A DNA stretch of 63,896 nt, counting the filler. It is 8 parts of 8 records of this genome, joined end to end, with 100 filler letters (N's around TTAATTAATTAA, not from the genome) between each part and the next. Parts side by side here need not be neighbours in the genome. Positions count along the whole stretch, not along the records: positions 15,878 to 22,657 come from SRR20825010_833; positions 22,758 to 29,663 come from SRR20825010_835; 6 more parts are not named here. One strand, given 5' to 3'. Below, one piece after another: positions 20,601 to 29,663 of this stretch. Each line of letters opens with the position of its first letter. Position 1 is the stretch's first letter. The notes under the pieces were generated by a model. It saw nothing but the letters and a program-made list of their open reading frames with translations. It made no database searches and had not been told where the DNA came from. The translations under genes and the position numbers were made by a program.

Positions 20601-21351
20601 CGCGCACGAGATATTCGGCTTGATTTATTTCGAGGGTTTGTGCACCTATATCCTGATTGCTTTGCTTTACGGCTTTGACCACATCGCCCATACTTACATT
20701 ATATTGACGCATTTTTTCTGGGTCGATATCGACTTGATATTCCTGAACATAACCACCAATGGAAGCCACTTCAGAAACACCGCTTGCAGAGGATAATCCA
20801 TACTTCACATAATAGTCCTGAATGCTACGCAATTCCTGTAAATCCCATCCGCCAGTTACGTTGCCATCTTTATCGCGACCTTCCAATGTGTACCAAAATA
20901 TCTGTCCGAGACCTGTGGCATCTGGCCCTAATGATGGGTTGACACCATCGGGCAAGAGGTTTGCAGGAAGTGAGTTCAGTTTTTCAAGAATGCGACTGCG
21001 CGACCAATAGAACTCGATATCTTCTTCAAAAATGATATAGATGCTGGAAAACCCAAACATCGAAGAACTACGGATGGTTTTCACGCCTGGAATACCCAAA
21101 AGGGAAGTGGTAAGCGGATATGTGATTTGGTCTTCAATATCCTGTGGCGAGCGCCCTTGCCACTTGGTAAAAACAATTTGTTGGTTTTCACCAATGTCTG
21201 GAATGGCATCAACGGCAACTGGGTCTGTGGGCAGAAAGCCAGTTTCCCAATTAAAAGGCGCGTTGACCACGCCCCAACCCACGAATAGGGCAAGTAGTAG
21301 AACGGCAACAAGTTTGTTTTCTATGAGAAATTTAATGCTCTTATTTAGCAT
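17599..21351 (-). CDS. cusA: Heavy-metal efflux RND permease (CusA/CzcA family)
   Basis: DAIPDIGENQQIVFT, GPDATGLG, AIAIGTMVD, RIRPCLMT; 1250 aa with insertions. Confidence 0.9.
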   Translation of the reverse strand: MLNKSIKFLIENKLVAVLLLALFVGWGVVNAPFNWETGFLPTDPVAVDAIPDIGENQQIVFTKWQGRSPQDIEDQITYPLTTSLLGIPGVKTIRSSSMFGFSSIYIIFEEDIEFYWSRSRILEKLNSLPANLLPDGVNPSLGPDATGLGQIFWYTLEGRDKDGNVTGGWDLQELRSIQDYYVKYGLSSASGVSEVASIGGYVQEYQVDIDPEKMRQYNVSMGDVVKAVKQSNQDIGAQTLEINQAEYLVRGLGYVKSIADIESAVVDSENFTSIRIKDVANVHLGPAARRGILDKEGAEVVGGVVVARYGANPLEVINNVKAQIAEISSGLPTKTLSDGRTSQVTIVPFYDRTELIQETLGTLNEALTLEILITILVIIIMVFNLRASILISGLLPVAVLMVFITMKLFNVDANIVALSGIAIAIGTMVDVGVILAENMIRHLEDEKLRLNENGKEYTTNEIIYNATAEVSGAILTAVLTTIISFLPVFTMIGAEGKLFRPLAFTKTMALTASLIIALFLIPPIAAFLFRKTSVRERTQYAINGLLVLLGILAIIYGFWLGLILIAFAITSFLKIRGTLSKKRKNLLDIIISSIAIVVLLAEYWRPLGFDRSIVMNLIFVSIICFGLLGVFSIFRIYYERILRWALQNRYLFLIVPLTVLTLGIIIMRNTGKEFMPALNEGSFLLMPTSLPHAGVEENKRVLQQLDMAVASIPEIETVVGKAGRTESALDPAPLSMYENVIQYKSEYMRNSSGERQRYKVNDDGLFVLKNNKFIINPNNEIDEGVNYAETSLKTTATREDLIEDDDGEYYRNWRPDIESPDDIWNEIVRVTKLPGVTSAPKLQPIETRLVMLQTGMRAPMGIKVKGPDLKSIESFGLELEDILKQAEGVKEQAVFADRIVGKPYLLIDIKRDQLARYGVSIMEVQEILQVAVGGMPLTQTVEGRERYAVRVRYPRELRADPDDLKNIYVPVEKGSPVPLGELVKIRYEQGPQVIKSEDTFLIGYVLFDKLDGFAEVDVVENAQALIQQNIDKGSLVVPQGVSYRFTGTYENQLRAEKTLSVVVPLCLLVIFLILYFQFRSVSTSLMVFTAIAVAFAGGFIMIWLYGQDWFFNFGFFGENLRDLFNMKTINLSVAVWVGFIALFGIATDDGVVMATYLDQSFKSNEPDNKKGIRLATLEAAGKRIRPCLMTTVTTVLALLPVLTSTGKGSDIMIPMAIPIFGGMIIDVTSYFLLPVLYSWKKEYQLKKANR

Positions 21352-21459
21352 AGCATTTGATTATTAGATAATTGGAATTACGTGTTGCAGAATATGGCAA
21401 ACACGAGTTTTAGCCCACTACAGCATAGCTATTGGGCTTCATTCAAAAAATCTAACAAA

Positions 21460-21879
21460 TCAAATTAAGAAAGTCTGGTGCAGCACTTGCACATCCCGTT
21501 TGACAAAGGGTCGCGGGTAATCTTCAAAAGGAACTTCTTCAGATTCGGTTCCTTCAAATAGGTTTATATAAGAGTATGTAAAAGCAGCGATGAACGTTTG
21601 CTGCTCAAAAGAAAGCGTGTCAAAAGATATTTTAAGGTCGTCTTTGCCTTCCTTTACAATTTGCTCGTCAGAACAACAAGATTTCTCAGTCATTTTAGGA
21701 TTCTCACAACTTTTAACTGGTTGTGCTTTTTCCATTCCACAACCTTCAGCTTTTGAGAATAAACTAAAATCGACCAAATTGTCCCCACAATAATGCATAT
21801 CCACAGTAAATGACATTGTAGAGAACATCACTACAAAAGCCATCGAAATAGATAATATTTTATGGAAAACCTCTTTCAT
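21460..21879 (-). CDS. HYC_CC_PP family protein
   Basis: VDMHYCG...KSCC...YPRP motif order; typical neighbour of Bacteroidota metal transport genes. Confidence 0.85.
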   Translation of the reverse strand: MKEVFHKILSISMAFVVMFSTMSFTVDMHYCGDNLVDFSLFSKAEGCGMEKAQPVKSCENPKMTEKSCCSDEQIVKEGKDDLKISFDTLSFEQQTFIAAFTYSYINLFEGTESEEVPFEDYPRPFVKRDVQVLHQTFLI

Positions 21880-21884
21880 CGTTG

Positions 21885-21892
21885 CAAAATTA
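21885..21892 (-). promoter_or_regulatory. Bacteroidota -7 promoter element TAATTTTG
   Basis: Matches TAnnTTTG, 5 nt upstream of the ATG at 21879, implying a near-leaderless mRNA. Confidence 0.6.
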
Positions 21893-22105
21893 CAAAATTT
21901 TGGAATTAACCGCATTACTTTAAGTTAAGTTTAAGGCAATCAATCGATGAAAAGTTTTATAAGGGAATGTTTTATGTCGCAAAAAAACCTTGAAAAACAA
22001 AAGCTGTTGTTATATGTGTAACCCTCCCTTTTGTCGGGCTATTTATTGGACGATTTTTATTTGTCAATAAAATTGCATTTGCAGTTTTGGATTGACAAAA
22101 AAATA

Positions 22106-22131
22106 ACCCATCCGAATTATCGAATGGGTTT
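22106..22131. terminator. Hairpin AACCCAT..ATGGGTT, likely intrinsic terminator
   Basis: Inverted repeat with A-run and T-run flanks just after the 22149 stop. Confidence 0.5.
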
Positions 22132-22148
22132 TGAGATTTTTTGATCTA

Positions 22149-22574
22149 TTATAGTTCGAATGCAAGAATCTCCTGCTCAAACTCCGACTTTCGTTCCTCC
22201 AAGGTATTCTGCAATTGTGTGGTCACCAAATTGATGAGATTGCTGTTGGTTGTCTTGAATTCCAATCCATGGGAATCCCTGATGTAAAATGAACTGGAAC
22301 CGTCCTGGTTGTAGTTGAACTTGGTGAGTTCTCCAAGGGTCTGGTTCAGGCGTTCCCTGTTGGTCGCCAAGCCTCTCAACTTTTCAAACTTCTGGATCCG
22401 GCTGTCGATGCTGATTTTGGGAACCACCACCGGTGCCTTGGCTTCTTTGGTCTTTTCAGTACCATTGGCGTTACCAGTAGCCTCCTTGGTCAGTTGGTCT
22501 TTGACATCCTTGTTGGATGCTTTTTGTCTTGTTACCGTTTTCTTGGTTCCGGTCTCTTTTGTTTTTGTTTCCAT
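22149..22574 (-). CDS. Hypothetical protein (Lys/Thr-rich N-terminus, coiled-coil C-terminus)
   Basis: Clean ORF from METKTKE; no recognisable motif. Confidence 0.7.
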   Translation of the reverse strand: METKTKETGTKKTVTRQKASNKDVKDQLTKEATGNANGTEKTKEAKAPVVVPKISIDSRIQKFEKLRGLATNRERLNQTLGELTKFNYNQDGSSSFYIRDSHGLEFKTTNSNLINLVTTQLQNTLEERKSEFEQEILAFEL

Positions 22575-22757
22575 GTTAAATGAATTTTTAATTAAACAAT
22601 ATTTGAGCATGTAACAAGTGGTAGACAAAATTTTGGAGCGGCAAGGAAACGGAATCGNNNNNNNNNNNNNNNNNNNNNNNNNNNNNNNNNNNNNNNNNNN
22701 NTTAATTAATTAANNNNNNNNNNNNNNNNNNNNNNNNNNNNNNNNNNNNNNNNNNNN

Positions 22758-22897
22758 CCCCAGAAGCTTGGACTATAGTGGATGATAAATTGTACCTGAA
22801 TTACAACAAGAAAGTGCAGGCAGACTGGAATACTGATCAGGCTGAGATGATCAAAAAAGCAGATAAAAACTGGCCGACCGTCAAGAAAGAAAAATAA
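22758..22897 (+). CDS. YHS-domain protein, C-terminal fragment (absent from ORF track)
   Basis: Manual translation PEAWTIVDDKLYLNYNKKVQADW...KADKNWP*. Confidence 0.8.
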
Positions 22898-22900
22898 AGT

Positions 22901-23971
22901 ATGGAGGTAGAAGTCAAACAAAATCTTGAGTCTTTTGAAGCCTCTAGTTCAGATTGGGAAAGGATGCCTGATCCCACGAGGATGCATAATTCCTTTGAGT
23001 TTGCACACGCTTGGTGGTTTCACGTCCCAATGTTTGTGTTGGGGATTTCTTGGGCTATTCGACTTCGGAAAGCCAATTTCTTTGCAGCTGTAAATCCTTC
23101 CTTGGGTAATGGAGGATTGTATAACTATTCAAAATTTGAAGCCCAAAATCACTTTCCAAAAATCAATCTTCCTAACACGTGTTTGATTCATTCCGAGGAG
23201 AATTTTGATGTAATTCTGAGTAAGATAAATGCCGGAAATCTGAACTATCCTTTCATTATAAAGCCTGATGTTGGAGAGCGAGGAAAGGGAGTGAAGCTTA
23301 TTCAAAATCAAGGCGAGCTTGAGATTTATTTGACTGAGCAACCCATTGAGGCATATTTGATTCAGGAGTTTATCGAGAAGGCTCAGGAATACGGAGTGTT
23401 TTTCCTTAAAAACCCTATGACTGGAAAGTTTTCAATTCCTTCTCTAACTAGAAAAATCTCCCTTCAGGTGATTGGTGATGGTATTTCCAGCATTTCCGAA
23501 TTGATACAAAACCATCCCCGAGCAAGCCGCTATCAGAATCTAATTCAAGCAGGAGATTCAAATCATATCCCCTTACACAACGAAGTGGTAAAGCTGAGTC
23601 CGATGGGAAATCACTGCAAAGGAGCAGTTTTTCTGGATTACAGCTCTTATATCAGTTCTGAAATGATTGCCTCTTTTGAGCAGATTTTTGAAGCTGTAGA
23701 AGGGATCAACTATGGCAGATTGGATGTGAAAGTAGATGAGCTGAGCGACCTCTGTGATCCAGAAAATATCATTATTCTTGAAGTGAATGGTGCAAATGCT
23801 GAACCTATTCATATGTACTCTCCAGAGAAAAACTACCATGATGGATTGAAAACGATCAATTCCTATTTCCAAAATATGGGCATGATGGCGAAGCATAACT
23901 TGGTCGGCAGAAGACGTCAATTTCGGGAGACAGATACGTGGAGAAGCTTCGTAGAGTATTTGAAAAAGTGA
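22901..23971 (+). CDS. ATP-grasp domain protein
   Basis: YPFIIKPDVGERGKGV, LIQEF, YGRLDVK, ILEVNG; GNHCKGA. Confidence 0.85.
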   Translation: MEVEVKQNLESFEASSSDWERMPDPTRMHNSFEFAHAWWFHVPMFVLGISWAIRLRKANFFAAVNPSLGNGGLYNYSKFEAQNHFPKINLPNTCLIHSEENFDVILSKINAGNLNYPFIIKPDVGERGKGVKLIQNQGELEIYLTEQPIEAYLIQEFIEKAQEYGVFFLKNPMTGKFSIPSLTRKISLQVIGDGISSISELIQNHPRASRYQNLIQAGDSNHIPLHNEVVKLSPMGNHCKGAVFLDYSSYISSEMIASFEQIFEAVEGINYGRLDVKVDELSDLCDPENIIILEVNGANAEPIHMYSPEKNYHDGLKTINSYFQNMGMMAKHNLVGRRRQFRETDTWRSFVEYLKK

Positions 23972-24053
23972 ATCCTCATTGTCTAAAAGTATTCTTGCGG
24001 ACAATTTGAGATTAGTAGAACCGCGATATTTACATATCAACCCAACAGCTATT

Positions 24054-24476
24054 ATGATACCCAATACATCTCAATCGAATAAGAAATTGACAATCCTGAT
24101 ATGGGTTTTGCGGTTGATAGCATCTGGGATTTTGGTGCAGACGCTATATTTCAAATTTGGAGTGCATCCAGATTCCGTCGCTTTATTTACCGAACTAGGA
24201 GTGGAGCCCTATGGTAGAATTGGACTTGGCATTGCTGAGTTGATTACTGCGATCTTGATTTTAGTTCCGAGAACAACTGCTTTTGGCGCGATACTGGGAT
24301 TGTTCTTAATGATAGGAGCAATTTCTACACATTTATTTATTATTGGAATTGAGTTTAGAGGAGATGGGGGAGCACTTTTCTCGCTTGCGGTCACCTGTTT
24401 CTTGGCTTGCTTGATTCTTTGTGTTATTTTAAAAAATCATATTCTAACCTTTTTAAAAAGTACCTATGCTAGTTAG
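24054..24476 (+). CDS. DoxX family membrane protein
   Basis: LRLIASGILVQTLYFKF...EPYGRIG...GAISTHL; 4 TM segments. Confidence 0.8.
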   Translation: MIPNTSQSNKKLTILIWVLRLIASGILVQTLYFKFGVHPDSVALFTELGVEPYGRIGLGIAELITAILILVPRTTAFGAILGLFLMIGAISTHLFIIGIEFRGDGGALFSLAVTCFLACLILCVILKNHILTFLKSTYAS

Positions 24477-24963
24477 TTTGAATTCGGAAGTTTTAGGAGA
24501 ATTATCAGATTTTTTGGCTCAATTGAAATCAGAAGATTTTGCCGATTGCTCTCCTGTTTTGAGGACTTCCAGTATAGGTCAGCACGTTCGCCATATACTG
24601 GAATTGTATGACTGTATGTTGTCTCAATATGAGTCAGGAATAGTTTGCTATGATGATAGAAAGCGTGACAAGAGACTGGAAACAGATGTGGCATTTGCTT
24701 TAGCTAAAGTAAAAGAGATCCAATCCAATCTCAAATTAGAAGACAAGGAGATTATTCTAAAAATGGCTGTAGGGACAGATTTTGAGACGATCCGAAGCAG
24801 TTACAATCGCGAACTTTGCTACAATCTGGAGCATTGCATTCATCATCAGGCGCTGATCAAAATTGCCTGTAATCAGCTCGATTACCTTTCGCTTCCATCT
24901 AGCTTTGGCGTTGCCAAATCAACAATTGACTATATCAAAAGCTTAGCATCCAGCGCTAATTGA
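24466..24963 (+). CDS. DinB family protein
   Basis: SIGQHVRH, YDDRKRD, HCIHHQALI metal-binding His pattern. Confidence 0.8.
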   Translation: MLVSLNSEVLGELSDFLAQLKSEDFADCSPVLRTSSIGQHVRHILELYDCMLSQYESGIVCYDDRKRDKRLETDVAFALAKVKEIQSNLKLEDKEIILKMAVGTDFETIRSSYNRELCYNLEHCIHHQALIKIACNQLDYLSLPSSFGVAKSTIDYIKSLASSAN

Positions 24964-25213
24964 TACAGTCAAGTCGATAAAGTTGTGTTGGGCTTCACTC
25001 ATAGCGCTCTTTGAGCTAAATTTTATGGATAGCCAGAACTCAGAATTAGAACTTTATACCCTCCATTTTTTTTTTCATAAACATTTCCTGAATTAGGTGT
25101 ATTCTGCCTATGACAAATCCCAATTATGTATAATAAGAGGAATTAGTTCTTAATAAGGATGTTTTTAATCCATCGAGGCGTAAATTCGGGGCTGAAACTG
25201 TATCAACCCTATT

Positions 25214-27370
25214 ATGTCTATTATCAAACCCCAAACTCTGGCTAAGCTTTCACTTTTTGCTGGTCTCAGCCTAGCTTCGCAAATTTCTTTTGCCCAAACC
25301 AACGATACCATTCCCGAAACACAGCTTGGAGAGGTAATGGTGACTGCTCAAAAGGAAACAGAAAACCTCCAGAAAGTACCTTTCAGTGTGTCAGCAATTG
25401 ATGATCGAAAGGTAGAAGAAATGAACTTATGGCAGACAAAAGACCTGCGAGGATACATTCCAAACTTATATTCTTCAAATCCTGGAGACAATAGAAACGT
25501 GATTTCAATTCGTGGTATCACTACTACTTCCTATGAGCCTGCTGTGGCTACGTATGTAGATGGAGTGAATCAGTTTGGTCTTGACACCTACTTTTTCCTG
25601 CTGAATGATGTGGAGAGAATAGAAGTTTTGCGAGGGCCTCAAGGAACGTTATATGGGCGAAACGCCATGGGCGGAGTGATGAATGTGATTACCAAACCTA
25701 AGTCTGATGATCTATCAGGTTTTATCCGTACTGATCTTGGGAATTATGGCTTTTCTAGAATAGCGGCGGGACTGAAGACTATGGTGCTGCCGCAAAAGCT
25801 ATACGTGGGTTTCTCTGTTTTATCGGATAAGCTGGATGGATATTATACCAATTTGTATAACGATAGCAATTTTGACAAACAGAAGAATACCCTGTTTGCC
25901 GGAAATGTGAATTACCTTTTTGCGAACAACTGGGAGGCAATCTTGAACTTCAAATCCAATGCAGGAAGAAATAACGGTCCTTTTTCTTTGGCTCCAGATC
26001 CTGATTCGGCAATAGAAAATCCTTATGAAGTCAATCAAAATGCTACCACTGAAATGGTGGACAATAGCCAGAATATCTCATTGGTACTTAAGAATACTGG
26101 GCCAAAATTCAACTTCTCCTCACAGACAGCTTACCAAAATAATTACCGCTATTACAAAACTCCGATTGATGGGGATTTCTCTCCGATAGATGCAGTTTCC
26201 ATTGTCAATGATTATGGATCGGATTGGAATACTGTTTCGGTATGGACTCAGGAATTTAGATTGGCTTCCGCAAATACTGGTCAGAAGCTGAATTGGCAAG
26301 TTGGATTTTTTGGATTTACCTCCGATGCTCCGACTAAGCAAGGAGTGTATTTTGGAGACGATGCAGCACTGATTGGATCACCGATTTCCAACTTCACTAC
26401 CATCAATACAAACATTGCTTCAGGGTACGGTTTAGCTTTCTTTGGTCAAGCTACTTACAGCTTAACTGACAAATTGAAGCTGACTGCTGGCTTGAGATCT
26501 GATTATGAGAAAAAAGAACTTAAGGTTTCGCAAGAGCTAGACTTCGGACAAGGTGACCCATTAGTGACACAACCAGATACTTTAGCAAATGCGAGTTACA
26601 ATGCAATTTCTCCAAAAGTTGCTTTGGCTTATCAACTGGCAAGTACGAATGAAATTTACGGTAGTTATAGTCGTGGTTTCAGACCTGGAGGCTTGACTCA
26701 GATTGGTTCTGATCCAAGTAACCCACCATTATTTTCATACGATCCTGAGTTCTCAAACAATTTTGAAATCGGAAGTAAAAATTACTTCTTCAATAGAAGA
26801 GTTCGGGCAAATGTTTCAATTTTCTATTCCACCATATCAGATGTGCAAATCCCTGCTTTGATTTTGCCAGATGCGTTTATTGTGACCAACAATGCGGGTG
26901 ACTTGACTAGTACTGGCATAGAGTGGGAGATCAATACTATCCCAACCAATAATTTGAGCATTGACTGGAGCTTTGGATATACCCAAGCTACCTATGATAA
27001 TTTGATGCTACCTGGAGAGTCAGGACAAGTGGATTATGCTGGTAACAGACAGATATTTACTCCTGAATTCACTTCGATGGTCGCTGCGCAATGGACTCCA
27101 CAGTTCTTCAACTCAAATTCCCTTGATTGGATGCTAAGAGGAGAATGGTTGTATTTCGGAGAGCAGTTTTTCAATTTAGAAAATACCATCAGCCAAGATG
27201 CGTATCAGATTGCCAACGCAAAGTTCGGGGTAGTTTCAGATACTATGGAACTTACGGTTTGGGCTAAAAATATCTTCGACACGACTTATATAGACTATGC
27301 ATACAACTTTGGTCCTTCTCACTTAGGAAATCCGGCGACTTTCGGACTGACGGCGATGTATAAGTTTTAA
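25214..27370 (+). CDS. TonB-dependent receptor
   Basis: Signal peptide, EVMVTAQK, IEVLRGPQGTLYGRNAMGG plug motif, C-terminal Phe. Confidence 0.95.
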   Translation: MSIIKPQTLAKLSLFAGLSLASQISFAQTNDTIPETQLGEVMVTAQKETENLQKVPFSVSAIDDRKVEEMNLWQTKDLRGYIPNLYSSNPGDNRNVISIRGITTTSYEPAVATYVDGVNQFGLDTYFFLLNDVERIEVLRGPQGTLYGRNAMGGVMNVITKPKSDDLSGFIRTDLGNYGFSRIAAGLKTMVLPQKLYVGFSVLSDKLDGYYTNLYNDSNFDKQKNTLFAGNVNYLFANNWEAILNFKSNAGRNNGPFSLAPDPDSAIENPYEVNQNATTEMVDNSQNISLVLKNTGPKFNFSSQTAYQNNYRYYKTPIDGDFSPIDAVSIVNDYGSDWNTVSVWTQEFRLASANTGQKLNWQVGFFGFTSDAPTKQGVYFGDDAALIGSPISNFTTINTNIASGYGLAFFGQATYSLTDKLKLTAGLRSDYEKKELKVSQELDFGQGDPLVTQPDTLANASYNAISPKVALAYQLASTNEIYGSYSRGFRPGGLTQIGSDPSNPPLFSYDPEFSNNFEIGSKNYFFNRRVRANVSIFYSTISDVQIPALILPDAFIVTNNAGDLTSTGIEWEINTIPTNNLSIDWSFGYTQATYDNLMLPGESGQVDYAGNRQIFTPEFTSMVAAQWTPQFFNSNSLDWMLRGEWLYFGEQFFNLENTISQDAYQIANAKFGVVSDTMELTVWAKNIFDTTYIDYAYNFGPSHLGNPATFGLTAMYKF

Positions 27371-27436
27371 GTAGTTCGGGATTAAAGCTGACCTGCTTTT
27401 CCAGGTGCAGTCCTAGTTTAGAAAAACCCATAAAAC

Positions 27437-27471
27437 AAAGCCTCTGAAATCAATAGATCTCAGAGGCTTTA
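27437..27471. terminator. Bidirectional intrinsic terminator
   Basis: AAAGCCTCTGA...TCAGAGGCTTT between convergent genes. Confidence 0.75.
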
Positions 27472-27508
27472 TTATGGCGGATATTCAACTTTTGTGGGGT
27501 GAAAACAG

Positions 27509-28030
27509 CTATTCTATTTTCAGGAAATCTTTAAAATACTTCACTAAATTCTTGTATTCCTCCGTGTCAATTTTGCCAATCTCAATTACTTTTTCTACAA
27601 CCTCATAAATTTCATTGAATGGGTAGGTTGCGCTCAAATGCTCATTTTTATCCATCCATTTCTTTAGCATTTCGATTTCATATTTGTTGATATCTCCATC
27701 TGCCATGATGCCGTAGCATATTCCTTGGAGAAAATGCAAGTCTGCTTTTGTTTTATCCTTTTCTTCGAAACTCAAAGCATGTTTTTCTAGAATTCCTTTG
27801 AGTTCGATGATCTCCTCTGAGCCTATTGTGCCCGTTTTAACTTTGTTAGAGATTTCCTCAAAAAATGAATGGAAAGGTTCCTCAGAGCAAAGTCCTTCGT
27901 GTGTCGTGCACCAGGATTTCAATGCCTCATATTCACTGATGGTAATTCGGCCATCCATGGCGATACCATTTACCAAGCCATTTAAATTGTGAAAAGCTAC
28001 TTGAGTTTGGGTCAAAAAATTATTCTTCAT
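27509..28030 (-). CDS. Hypothetical protein with two TerB-like repeats
   Basis: LNGLVNGIAMDGRITISEYEALKSW and LQGICYGIMADGDINKYEIEMLKKW are an internal duplication. Confidence 0.6.
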   Translation of the reverse strand: MKNNFLTQTQVAFHNLNGLVNGIAMDGRITISEYEALKSWCTTHEGLCSEEPFHSFFEEISNKVKTGTIGSEEIIELKGILEKHALSFEEKDKTKADLHFLQGICYGIMADGDINKYEIEMLKKWMDKNEHLSATYPFNEIYEVVEKVIEIGKIDTEEYKNLVKYFKDFLKIE

Positions 28031-28173
28031 ATCCTATACAGTTTTGTATAAGATACAAAGTCTTGATAAACAATGAAATGAAGGTGGCGTAGTATTTTTT
28101 GTATGTGGAAGGAAAAAACGGTTCCTTATAGCTTTTGGTGATGTCTTATATAGGTGCAAGGGAGTCGTAAGGT

Positions 28174-28268
28174 CCTCGACTCCGCTCGGACTGACAAGCT
28201 TTCAGTTTCATTGGAAGAATCTTTCATTCGTAGCGAAGTCTAATTGTCAGCCTGAGCGAAGTCGAAGG
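28174..28268. repeat. Inverted pair of REP-like palindromic elements
   Basis: CCTCGACTCCGCTCGGACTGACAA (28174-28197) and TTGTCAGCCTGAGCGAAGTCGAAGG (28244-28268) are imperfect reverse complements. Confidence 0.7.
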
Positions 28269-28281
28269 CTCTCCCCAAAAG

Positions 28282-29634
28282 TTACCTGAAATTCATCGTG
28301 AAAACCGTGCGTTCATTTGGGATGGAAGTCACTTGAAGGCTACCATTGTGTAGGTTCATAATCTGTCTAGAGATTGCGAGTCCTATGCCACTTCCAGTCT
28401 TTTTGGTAGAATAAAAAGGAACAAAGATCCGCTCCAAAGCTTCAGGGATAATCCCAGGTCCACAATCTTCCACTTGTATCATCAAACCTAGATCGCCCTG
28501 TCCAATCGATGAAAGCCATATCGTGCGGTCTGCCTGATTTTGCAAAGATTCAGAGGCATTTTTCACTAAATTAATCAAGATCATAGTGATCTGATCCGGA
28601 TCACAATGGATGTCCAAGTCGTTTGGATGAATCTTAGTTTCTATTTTGACCTCAGCCGATTTTAGATCCTCTTTCATCAAATTCAGTACATTTTCGAAGA
28701 GCTGCTTGACTGGTATTTTTACTTTTTTGGGAGCAGGTATATTCGTGTAATCACGGTATGCATTCACGAAGTTCACCAGACCTTTACTTCTATTGGCTAT
28801 TGTGTCCAAGCCTTCCTGCATATCCATAAAGCCATCTCTTTTGATCAAAAAACCTTCTTGCTGTACGTAGCTATCCTCATCCAAAATGGTTCGAAGTGAT
28901 TCCACCAAACTTGAAATCGGTGTAATGGAATTCATGATTTCATGACGAAGCACTTTGGTCAAGTTTTGCCAAGCTTCAAGTTCGTTTGACTGAAGTTCAG
29001 CATTGATGTTTTGAAGGGAGAGTAGTGTCCAGCTTTGACCGCCCATCTTGAGAGAAGTGGACTGAATGATCAGATGGAGCGAAGGATTTACCTTTTTGGA
29101 AATTCTCTGTCCCGGTTTCATTTCCATCACGTCTTCCAGAAGCTTTGGAGATAGCTTGCCCAAATCAGTAATGTCCCGAAACTGTGGAATCTGAAGCAAA
29201 TGCTTCGCAGCATTATTGATAACACCGATTTTCCCTTGGTCATTGAATGAGATAATTCCCGTGTTGATATGCTGAATGATGACCTGAAGAAAAAGCATTT
29301 GTTCTTCCTTTTCGGCACGGGTTTGCTTGAAAACATCCATCACCTCATTGAATGAGGTATTCACCTCCCTGAATGAGCTTCCCATTTTGCTGTCCGAAGT
29401 GAAAGAACTTGAGAAATCAGCGTAGCGAATGGAGTCAAGAAAACGGGCAAGTTTGTGGTTGATCGAGTTTACATAATAAATCATTTCTCCAACCTGGATC
29501 AAAGCAATTATGCCTAGAATAGCGGGCGCCAACCAAAGATCCTGACTGTAGTATAGCCAGAGTCCCAGGTAAATGCTAATGATAATTCCGAAAATTCTCA
29601 GTCCAACACCAAGAGAAAAGCGCTTATAAACCAT
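28282..29634 (-). CDS. Sensor histidine kinase (NtrY-like)
   Basis: Two TM segments, PAS-like region, LRHEIMNSITPI, NLVKNA, DCGPGI, GSGIGL. Confidence 0.92.
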   Translation of the reverse strand: MVYKRFSLGVGLRIFGIIISIYLGLWLYYSQDLWLAPAILGIIALIQVGEMIYYVNSINHKLARFLDSIRYADFSSSFTSDSKMGSSFREVNTSFNEVMDVFKQTRAEKEEQMLFLQVIIQHINTGIISFNDQGKIGVINNAAKHLLQIPQFRDITDLGKLSPKLLEDVMEMKPGQRISKKVNPSLHLIIQSTSLKMGGQSWTLLSLQNINAELQSNELEAWQNLTKVLRHEIMNSITPISSLVESLRTILDEDSYVQQEGFLIKRDGFMDMQEGLDTIANRSKGLVNFVNAYRDYTNIPAPKKVKIPVKQLFENVLNLMKEDLKSAEVKIETKIHPNDLDIHCDPDQITMILINLVKNASESLQNQADRTIWLSSIGQGDLGLMIQVEDCGPGIIPEALERIFVPFYSTKKTGSGIGLAISRQIMNLHNGSLQVTSIPNERTVFTMNFR

Positions 29635-29663
29635 ACTTCTCCAATCTGCGATAAAGAGATGAT
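29624..29663 (-). CDS. Sigma-54-type response regulator, C-terminal Fis-HTH fragment
   Basis: Translates SSLYRRLEKYGL*, overlapping the kinase start. Confidence 0.65.
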
